DNA of 64,000 bases from Nitrospirota bacterium. Its GTDB lineage: Bacteria; Nitrospirota; UBA9217. The notes under the pieces were generated by a model. That model saw only the letters and a program-made list of their open reading frames with translations. It had not been told where the DNA came from and did not search any database. Positions 19,946-27,190 of this stretch are shown piece after piece. The position numbers and the translations under genes were made by a program. The DNA is taken from the NCBI GenBank assembly GCA_963818475.1, contig CAWFSF010000003.1, positions 112,731 through 176,730 of the forward strand. The letters are read 5' to 3'. The stretch's first letter is position 1. Every line of letters begins with the position of its first letter.

Positions 19946-19967
19946 CACCTGTCAAAAGTGACAGGTG
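19946..19967. repeat. Palindrome CACCTGTCA-aaag-TGACAGGTG, copy 1
   Basis: 9-bp stem. A second copy lies at 44530..44551, with further collinear similarity on the low-coordinate side. Confidence 0.5.
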
Positions 19968-20320
19968 TTGTTAGAGATGAATTATTCGGTTACTGGATGT
20001 GAATTCATGGGTCAGAGGTACTGGGATTGCACGGCTTCCGAAGTATAAGGCTCCTACTTATGCATGCAAATTACCCGTGCATGACCACGCTCTCGACCCT
20101 CCCTTGACAGCCTTCACGCCCGGTGCTAGCTTTAAACCACAATATTACCGGCCTTCTCGCGAGGAAAGCGTCGGAGTACCGCGGGTTTCCTGCACAGGGA
20201 CTGCGGAGAGATAAGAACCGGACTGCTAAAGGATGAAACTTTGGTAGCCGGTTTTTTGTTTTCAATGTGAGGAAGTAATTCCACCAATATGCGGCATAGC
20301 CAGAAAGAAGGAGGTGCACC

Positions 20321-20761
20321 ATGTTAGTACGCAGATCAACTGCAATGTGGGAAGGCGGCCTGAAGAACGGCAAGGGGACCATGAAGATCGGTTCGGGCGC
20401 ATACGAAGGAAAATATTCCTTTGCCTCGCGGTTCGAACAGGGAGTGGGGACCAATCCCGAGGAACTGATCGGAGCGGCCCACGCCGGATGCTTCTCCATG
20501 TTCCTGTCCATGGTCCTGGAGCAGGCAGGCTTCAAGCCCGAACGCATTGACACGACCGCCCGGGTGACCCTTGATAAATTGCCCGAGGGTTTCAAGATCA
20601 CGACGATCGATCTGGAGACCGAAGGCAGGGTGCCGGGCATTGACGAAAATACGTTCCAGGAAAAGGCCGAAGCAGCCAAGAAGGGATGCCCTGTTTCCAT
20701 GGCGCTGACCGGCGTTGAGGTCAAACTCCGGGCGCGGCTCGCAGCTGCGAAAGCCGCCTGA
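20321..20761 (+). CDS. osmC: OsmC-family peroxiredoxin
   Basis: 146 aa. GTNPEELIGAAHAGCFSM and KKGCPVS provide the two conserved Cys contexts of OsmC. The RBS aaggagg lies upstream. Confidence 0.8.
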   Translation: MLVRRSTAMWEGGLKNGKGTMKIGSGAYEGKYSFASRFEQGVGTNPEELIGAAHAGCFSMFLSMVLEQAGFKPERIDTTARVTLDKLPEGFKITTIDLETEGRVPGIDENTFQEKAEAAKKGCPVSMALTGVEVKLRARLAAAKAA

Positions 20762-20835
20762 CGTGCTTGCGCGGTGAAAACGACCTGACCACCCTGTTTG
20801 ACAAATATTCTTGCGATGAAAGGAGTGTGAGAACC

Positions 20836-21249
20836 GTGAAACAGAGTACAAAAAGCATAGTGATGATCCTTGGGCTTTTCCTGGCGACCGCGTTGTTTAG
20901 CTGCGGCGGCGGTGGCGGTGGCGGATACGGCGGCGGCACACCGGCAACGTCCACGGTAACGGTTGTGGCCTGTCCTGTCAGCGATACCACCAACATAGCG
21001 ATCGTGGACAGCTCGGCTTCGGGCTTTAATCCGGGCAGCGTGACCGTGCCGATCAATACCACGGTGAAGTGGACCAACAATGATGGAGTACAACACACGG
21101 TGACCAGCACGACTGTGCCGCCCAATGGCACATTCGATGCGACGGTGAATCCCGGCGTATCGGTCTGTCTGAAGTTCTCCGCAGCGGGCGCGTTTAACTA
21201 TCATTGTTCAATTCATACCGTCATGCTGGGATTGGTGACGGTACAATAA
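20836..21249 (+). CDS. Cupredoxin (plastocyanin/azurin-like) lipoprotein
   Basis: Lipobox LFSC followed by a Gly-rich linker. Copper-ligand pattern VQHTV...YHCSIHTVM (His...Cys-x2-His-x2-Met). The GTG start at 20836 is preferred over the track start at 20767 because of the aggag RBS. Confidence 0.7.
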   Translation: MKQSTKSIVMILGLFLATALFSCGGGGGGGYGGGTPATSTVTVVACPVSDTTNIAIVDSSASGFNPGSVTVPINTTVKWTNNDGVQHTVTSTTVPPNGTFDATVNPGVSVCLKFSAAGAFNYHCSIHTVMLGLVTVQ

Positions 21250-21261
21250 GACGGGCTCTGT

Positions 21262-21345
21262 GATTATAACGTCGCTGCGGCTGTTCGGGCGCGGGCTGGA
21301 GAACACGCTGCCGGCATGCAACTCCTGAGACGTCCGCGCCCTCTT
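21262..21345 (-). other. tmRNA-derived sequence fragment lacking the tag ORF
   Basis: 21265..21296 is 29/32 identical to ssrA 46217..46248, and 21312..21328 is 17/17 identical to ssrA 46340..46356. The blocks have the same order and orientation. The 91 nt between them in ssrA, which include the tag ORF, are replaced here by 15 nt. Confidence 0.5.
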
Positions 21346-21539
21346 TTCGAAAAGCAAAGCGGAAAGCAGGATAAGACAGACTCCTAAAATGATTACAGAG
21401 AGGAGGTGAAAAGGCAGTCTCAGGGATAAAAAGTTATCAGGAGCATGAATAAAGTCGGAAGAACTTTCGAAATATCTGCTACGTATGCATTTTAAAACTA
21501 AGCCTGAAAATTTTCCAAATCGCAGAAGGAGGATTTACC

Positions 21540-21977
21540 ATGAAAAAGATATTGGTGTTTGCTGCAGTAATTATCTCCGCCACGGTTCTGACGCTCTCCA
21601 TTGGGGTCAATTTCACCCAGGCGGCAGAAAAGATGATGGACAAAGATACGACGATGAAACATGGCGATATGATGATGGAAAAGGGACAGATGATGATGGA
21701 CAAGGGCAAAATGATGAAGGAAGGCATGATGGATAAGGACGCGATGATGAAAGAGGGCGACATGTTGATGAACGAAGGAAAGATGATGGAGAAGAACGGC
21801 AAAATGATGAAGGACAAGAAGATGATACAGGATGGAAAGATGATGATGAAGGACGGGAAGATGATGAAGGAAGGCAAGATGGAGAAGGACATGATGATGA
21901 AACAGGGCGACATGATGATGAAAGAAGGAGAAATGATGATGGATAAAGGCAAAAAGATGAAGGGAGAAACGATGTGA
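21540..21977 (+). CDS. Secreted, extremely methionine-rich repeat protein
   Basis: Signal peptide MKKILVFAAVIISATVLTLSIGVNFTQAA followed by degenerate repeats of K-M-M-K-E/D-G. I count 39 Met in about 116 mature residues. The RBS aaggagg lies 7 nt upstream. Confidence 0.7.
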   Translation: MKKILVFAAVIISATVLTLSIGVNFTQAAEKMMDKDTTMKHGDMMMEKGQMMMDKGKMMKEGMMDKDAMMKEGDMLMNEGKMMEKNGKMMKDKKMIQDGKMMMKDGKMMKEGKMEKDMMMKQGDMMMKEGEMMMDKGKKMKGETM

Positions 21978-22066
21978 AGCAACGATCCATCAGCGGGAAG
22001 TGTCGCATGCGGACTTAAATGAAAAGGAAAAGCTCGCTTGTTTATTGAGAAAGGGAAGGGCAGGCC

Positions 22067-23692
22067 GTGAAGATGCGCGGAACGCCGGGAGTTTTCATCG
22101 GAGCACTGGTCGGAGCATTGCTGACCGCGGCGCTGATCGCTGTTTTTTACGCGGGCTGGCGGCTTGCGGACCTGCCCTTCGTCCCCTTTGACGTGTTCGA
22201 CTGGACGGCACGGGTGCTGCCGGGAGCGCTCATCGAATTTGTCATCAGCGCCATGGTGGCAGCCATTCGCGGGCTGCACCTGGGCCCCACTTCGGTAGTC
22301 GCCAAGATCATTGAGCAGGCGATGGGGATCGCCGGCCTGTTCGCCACCGGCGTCGCTGCCGGCGCGGTTCTCTTCGGCGTGCTGCGCGCGCTGCGCGGCC
22401 GGTACGCATACGTGTCGGGTTTGTTCCTCGGATTGATGGCGGCCGTTCCCGCCGTGCTCGTCAGTTCCTTTCTCGGTAAGACAGCCGCAGCCCCGCCTTT
22501 GGCCGGCGCGCTCTGGATCCTGTTCGTCTTCAGCTCCTGGGGGCTGGCGATCGGCTGGGCTTATCTGTGGCTTGCCGTTTTCAGCGCTTCCACGGGACCG
22601 GGCACGGACCTGGAACCCTCTGTCCAGCGGGTCAACCGGCGTCAATTCCTGATCCGGCTTGCGGGGTACACGGCGACCATCACGGTCTCCGGTGCACTGG
22701 TGGGGCTTCTGTCGGAGCGCCACAGCAGGATGAAACTGGAGAGCCTGATGCCCTGGTCCGCAACGCACGCCCTGCCGAACGCCGGCGCCGCTCTCAAGCC
22801 CGCGCCCGGCACGCGGCCCGAATACACCCCACTGGAGCGGCACTACCGCATTGACATCAACACGACCTCGCCGAAGATCGACGCCATGATGTGGCGGCTC
22901 AAGATCGAAGGACTGGTCGAAAAGCCGCTGTCCTTCACGCTGGACGAGCTCCGGCGCTATGAACCCATGCACCAGTTCGTCACGTTGTCCTGCATCTCGA
23001 ACCCGGTGGGCGGCGATCTTATCGGCACGACCCGCTGGACCGGCGTCAGCCTGAAAAGCTTCCTGAAAGACCTCGGCCTGAAGCCCGGCGCCACGCACTT
23101 GAAGATCAGCTCGGCTGACGGGTTCTTTGAGATCGTGCCCCTGGAAACGGTTATGGCCGACGAAAGGGTGATGCTGGCCTACGCCTGGGACGGGGTGCCG
23201 CTGCATGAGGATCACGGCTTTCCGCTGCGCATCTACATTCCGGACCTGCACGGGATGAAGCAGCCCAAATGGATCGAGTCCATCGAGGCAATGGACCATT
23301 GGGAGCCGGGCTACTGGGTGGTCCGCGGCTGGGACAAGGTCGCAAGGATGAAGGCAACGTCGGTGATCGACACCATCGCCGTGGACATGACCATCATCAG
23401 CGCTGATCAGCAAAAACTGGTGCCGATCGGCGGCATCGCCCACGCGGGTGCCCGTGGCATCTCGAAGGTCGAAGTCCGGGTCGATGACGGCCCCTGGCAG
23501 GGGGCTGCGATCAGAACTCCGCTGTCGCAAACAACGTGGGTGCTCTGGCGCTATGACTGGCCGTTCCAGCCGGGCAAACATACCTTCACGGTGCGCTGTT
23601 ATGACGGGAGCAGCGCTCAGCAGATCGTTCAGGAAATGCCGCCTGCCCCGAGCGGTGCGTCCGGACTGTTCAACAAAGTCCAGAAATTCTGA
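22067..23692 (+). CDS. Membrane-anchored molybdopterin-dependent oxidoreductase (sulfite-oxidase/YedY superfamily)
   Basis: The N-terminal 190 aa or so are hydrophobic, followed by an internal twin-arginine-like RRQFLIRLAG. The Mo-binding domain has HQFVTLSCISNPVGG (Mo-ligand Cys) and FPLRIYIPDLHGMKQPKWI. An Ig-like dimerisation-type C-terminus follows. Confidence 0.75.
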   Translation: MKMRGTPGVFIGALVGALLTAALIAVFYAGWRLADLPFVPFDVFDWTARVLPGALIEFVISAMVAAIRGLHLGPTSVVAKIIEQAMGIAGLFATGVAAGAVLFGVLRALRGRYAYVSGLFLGLMAAVPAVLVSSFLGKTAAAPPLAGALWILFVFSSWGLAIGWAYLWLAVFSASTGPGTDLEPSVQRVNRRQFLIRLAGYTATITVSGALVGLLSERHSRMKLESLMPWSATHALPNAGAALKPAPGTRPEYTPLERHYRIDINTTSPKIDAMMWRLKIEGLVEKPLSFTLDELRRYEPMHQFVTLSCISNPVGGDLIGTTRWTGVSLKSFLKDLGLKPGATHLKISSADGFFEIVPLETVMADERVMLAYAWDGVPLHEDHGFPLRIYIPDLHGMKQPKWIESIEAMDHWEPGYWVVRGWDKVARMKATSVIDTIAVDMTIISADQQKLVPIGGIAHAGARGISKVEVRVDDGPWQGAAIRTPLSQTTWVLWRYDWPFQPGKHTFTVRCYDGSSAQQIVQEMPPAPSGASGLFNKVQKF

Positions 23693-23899
23693 GGTCTCCG
23701 GCCGGAGGTGATGCAGTGCACCGGGCGCATCGAGCCGCGCTTTACGACTGTCTGAGCCGGCAGGGCGAGTTTCCGAAATGTACCGGGGACGACCAGGCAT
23801 GGCGTATGCGCCATGGGGGGAGAGCGCAGGTTACAGAAGGCCACGGTGACCAAACGGTCGCCGTGGCCTTGGGTGCGTTGCTCGAACGGGTTGTTGTAA

Positions 23900-26116
23900 T
23901 TACGGCGTGCTGAAGCTGAAGCTATGCTGGGCGTTCGGGTTGCCGTCTTTGTCTCTGATCGCGTCCGCCGGGACGGTGACAACATAGGTCTTGGCCGTTT
24001 CAAGATTTGCGGCCGGGTCGATGACGATAATGCTGGTGTCAACGATCTCAGCCCATTCCTCTTCGTCAAATACCCGGTAGTAATCGATGCCGGCGCTCAC
24101 GGTATTGCCTGCCTGATCTTTCAGAACGATTCCTGCAAAATTAGGCCCTGCGGACGTCCCTTCAGAAAGATTCACGGTAATGGTCGTGTCCACCGCCACG
24201 TTGGTCGCGCCGTTTGCAGGAGTGCTGCCGCTTATAACGGGCGGTACGATGTCCAGCGTCCTGAAGCTGAAGCTGTAGGCGGCCAGGGACACGCCTGCGG
24301 CGTTCCTGATGGAATCGGCCGGGATCGTTACGGTGTAGGTCGTGTCGTTCGCAAGGTTCGCCGCCGGGTCGATCGTGAGCACGTTTCCGTTCAGGCTGAT
24401 GGAGCTCTCTATGGTTGCTTCGCCGGCCTTGAGCGTGATGCTGCTGAACGCGGGGCCCTGCAACCCGTTTTCGCTCAGCGTCGCGGTTATCGTCTGGTCC
24501 GCCGGGAAACTGATCACCCTGTTAGCGGGATTGGTTGACGTTACCGAATACCGCGTGCTGAAGTGGAAGATGATGCGGCTGTTCGGCCTGCCATTCTCAT
24601 CCCTGACCGCGTCCGCCGGGACGTCTACCGTGTACGTGGTGTCGTAGGCGAGTTCCGAGGCCGGGTCGATCGTGAGCACGTTTCCGTTTATGCTGACCGC
24701 GCTCTGGACGTTCGCCCCTCCCCCTGCCCTGAGCGTGATGCTGCTGAACGCGGGTCCCTGCACTCCGTTGCCGATCAGGGTTACAGTGATCGACTGGTCC
24801 ACCGGCACCCCGGTCGCGCCGTCGGCCGGGCTGGTTGCCGTTACAACGAACGGCGTGCTGAAGCTGAAGCTGTACTGGCTGTTCGGATTGCCGTCCTTGT
24901 CCCTGACCGCATCCGCCGGGACGGCGACAATATAGATCTTGCCCATGTCAAGATTTGCGGCCGGGTCGATGACGATAAGGCTGGTGTCAACGATCTCGGC
25001 CCATTCCCATTCATCCCAATACCGGGAGTAGTCGATCGCCGCGTTCACGGTATTGCCGGCTTCGTCTTTCAGGGTGATGCCGGTAAAATTCGGCCCTGCT
25101 GCCGTCACTTCGCTCAGATTCACGGTAACGGTCGTATCCACCGGCACGCTGGTTGCGCCGTTTGCCGGATTAGAGCCGATTACCACGGGCGCCACGATGT
25201 CCACGGTTCGGAAGCTGAAGCTGTACTGGTTCACGGAGACCCCGAAGGCATTCCTGATAGAATCGGCCGGGATGGTGACCGTGTAGGTGGTGTCGGTGCC
25301 GAGGTTCGCAGCCGGGTCTATCGTTAAAACGTTTCCGCTCAGGCTGCGGGCCGCCTCGATGGCTGTTGTTCCGTCCGTCAGGGTGATGCTGTTGAAATTG
25401 GGACCCGCTGCCCCGTCTTCGCTCAGGGTCATGGTGATCGTCTGGCCAACCGGGACCATGGTCGCGTAGTTCGCGGGACTGGTTGTTGTTACGATGAACG
25501 GCGTGCTGAAGCTGAAGGTGTACTGGGCGTTCGCGTTGCCGTCCTTGTCCCGGACCGCGTCCGCGGGGACGGTGACAGTATAGGTCTTGCCCATTTCAAG
25601 ATTCGCGACCGGGTCGATCACGATGATTCTGGTATCGACTCTCTCTTCCCATTCCTCTTCACCTACTTCTTCCCAGTACCGGTAGTAGTCGATGGCCGCG
25701 TTCACCGGATTTCCGGCTGCGTCTTTAAGGGTGATTGCGCCGAAATTGGGCCCTGTTGACGTTTCTTCCGTAAGATTCACCGTGACGGTCGTGCCCACCG
25801 CTACGTTGGTCGCGCCGTTCGCGGGACTGGTGCTGCTTACCGCCGCCGAACTGATGTCCAGGGTCCTGAAGCTGAAGCTGCAGGCGTTTATTGAAACGCC
25901 TCCTGCATTCCTGATCGCGTCGGCCGGGATGTTCACCGTGTAGGTGGTGTCGTTGCCGAGGTTTGCAGCCGGGTCGATCGTGAGCACGTTTGCGTTCAGG
26001 CTGATCGCGCTCTGGACGGTCGTTGCTCCGGCCTTCAACGTTATCGTGCTGAAGTTGGGACCCTGCACCCCGTCGCCGCTCAAGGTTACGGTGATCGTCT
26101 GGCCGACCGGGACCAT
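23900..26116 (-). CDS. Ig-like repeat array of the same protease, fragment 3 of 3 (C-terminus)
   Basis: 738-aa ORF made entirely of the same two alternating repeat module types, ending ...NPNAQHSFSFSTP*. Confidence 0.65.
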   Translation of the reverse strand: MVPVGQTITVTLSGDGVQGPNFSTITLKAGATTVQSAISLNANVLTIDPAANLGNDTTYTVNIPADAIRNAGGVSINACSFSFRTLDISSAAVSSTSPANGATNVAVGTTVTVNLTEETSTGPNFGAITLKDAAGNPVNAAIDYYRYWEEVGEEEWEERVDTRIIVIDPVANLEMGKTYTVTVPADAVRDKDGNANAQYTFSFSTPFIVTTTSPANYATMVPVGQTITMTLSEDGAAGPNFNSITLTDGTTAIEAARSLSGNVLTIDPAANLGTDTTYTVTIPADSIRNAFGVSVNQYSFSFRTVDIVAPVVIGSNPANGATSVPVDTTVTVNLSEVTAAGPNFTGITLKDEAGNTVNAAIDYSRYWDEWEWAEIVDTSLIVIDPAANLDMGKIYIVAVPADAVRDKDGNPNSQYSFSFSTPFVVTATSPADGATGVPVDQSITVTLIGNGVQGPAFSSITLRAGGGANVQSAVSINGNVLTIDPASELAYDTTYTVDVPADAVRDENGRPNSRIIFHFSTRYSVTSTNPANRVISFPADQTITATLSENGLQGPAFSSITLKAGEATIESSISLNGNVLTIDPAANLANDTTYTVTIPADSIRNAAGVSLAAYSFSFRTLDIVPPVISGSTPANGATNVAVDTTITVNLSEGTSAGPNFAGIVLKDQAGNTVSAGIDYYRVFDEEEWAEIVDTSIIVIDPAANLETAKTYVVTVPADAIRDKDGNPNAQHSFSFSTP

Positions 26117-27190
26117 GGTCGCGTTGTTCGCGGGGCTGGCTTGCCGTTACTATGAACGGCGTGCTGAAGCTGAAGCTGGACTGGCTGTTGGGATTGCCGT
26201 CCTTGTCCCTGACCGCGTCCGCGGGGACGGTGACAGTATAGGTCTTGCCCATTTCAAGATTCGCGACCGGGTCGATCACGATGATTCTGGTGTCGACTCT
26301 CTCTTCCCATTCCTCTTCACCTACTTCGTCCCAGTACCGGTAGTAGTCGATGGCCGCGTTCACCGGATTTCCGGCTGCGTCCTTAAGGGTGATTGCGCCG
26401 AAATTGGGCCCTGTTGACGTTTCTTCCGTAAGATTCATCGTGACGGTCGTGCCCACGGCCACGCTGGTCGCGCCGTTCGCGGGCATGCTGCCGCTTACTG
26501 CAGGCGCTATGATGTCCAGGGTCCTGAAGCCGAAGCTGTAGGCGTTTATTGAAACGCCTCCTGCATTCCTGATCGCGTCGGCCGGGATGTTCACCGTGTA
26601 GGTGGTGTCGTTGCCGAGGTTTGCAGCCGGGTCGATCGTGAGCACGTTTGCGTTCAGGCTGATCGCGCTCTGGACGGTCGTCGTCCCGGCCTTGAGCGTT
26701 ATATTGCCGAACGCGGGACCCTGCACCCCGTCGCCGCCCAAGGTTACGGTGATCGTCTGGTCCGACCGGGACCATGGTCGCGTTGTTCGCGGGGCTGGTT
26801 GCCGTTACTATGAACGGCGTGCTGAAGCTGAAGGTGTACTGGGCGTTCGCGTTGCCGTCCTTGTCCCTGACCGCGTCCGCGGGGACGGTGACAGTATAGG
26901 TCTTGCCCATTTCAAGATTCGCGACCGGGTCGATCACGATGATTCTGGTGTCGACTCTCTCTTCCCATTCCTCTTCACCTACTTCTTCCCAGTACCGGTA
27001 GTAGTCGATGGCCGCGTTCACCGGATTCCCGGCTGCGTCTTTAAGGGTGATTGCGCCGAAATTGGGCCCTGTTGACGTTTCTTCCGTAAGATTCATCGTG
27101 ACGGTCGTGCCCACGGCCACGTTGGTCGCGCCGTTCGCGGGCATGCTGCCGCTTACTGCAGGCGCTATGATGTCCAGGGTCCTGAAGCCG
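25470..27190. repeat. Near-identical tandem coding repeats, about 658 bp per unit
   Basis: The marker ccatttcaagattcgcgaccgggtcgatcacgatgattctggt recurs at 25591, 26249 and 26907. More diverged copies extend on both sides, and there is an internal 24-nt duplication at about 27196-27245. Confidence 0.8.
25725..26741 (-). CDS. Ig-like repeat array of the same protease, fragment 2 of 3
   Basis: It continues the alternating two-module repeat pattern (ITLKAGTTTVQSAISLNANVLTIDPAANL... / ...AITLKDAAGNPVNAAIDYYRYW...) between the frameshifts near 26761 and 26140. Confidence 0.6.
   Translation of the reverse strand: MGGDGVQGPAFGNITLKAGTTTVQSAISLNANVLTIDPAANLGNDTTYTVNIPADAIRNAGGVSINAYSFGFRTLDIIAPAVSGSMPANGATSVAVGTTVTMNLTEETSTGPNFGAITLKDAAGNPVNAAIDYYRYWDEVGEEEWEERVDTRIIVIDPVANLEMGKTYTVTVPADAVRDKDGNPNSQSSFSFSTPFIVTASQPREQRDHGPGRPDDHRNLERRRGAGSQLQHDNVEGRSNDRPERDQPERKRAHDRPGCKPRQRHHLHGEHPGRRDQECRRRFNKRLQLQLQDPGHQFGGGKQHQSRERRDQRSGGHDRHGESYGRNVNRAQFRRNHP

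Noticed and set aside
19403-19948. 181-aa minus-strand ORF
   Set aside because: It is a chimera. It starts in the palindrome/leader, passes through a short HsdR-like N-terminal remnant, and then translates hairpin repeat DNA (..RHSRPDRESRDSSGNSLDPRVREDDE..). It is not a credible single gene.
20100-20320. Possible riboswitch or sigma-70 promoter (TTGACA-N17-TAGCTT) upstream of osmC
   Set aside because: The -10 match is poor, and I could not recognise any known riboswitch consensus by eye. It is left unannotated.
21479-23800. 773-aa minus-strand ORF spanning the Met-rich gene and the Mo-oxidoreductase gene
   Set aside because: It is antisense to two well-supported plus-strand genes. Its translation is low-complexity (Ser/Pro/Phe/Ile runs opposite the Met repeats, Arg/Gly/Pro-rich elsewhere) with no motif. 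It is a typical shadow ORF in GC-rich DNA.
23837-23870. 10-bp-stem hairpin (aaggccacgg...ccgtggcctt) between the convergent Mo-enzyme and protease genes, as a bidirectional terminator
   Set aside because: There is no U/T tract on either side. It may still be structural, but it does not meet intrinsic-terminator criteria.
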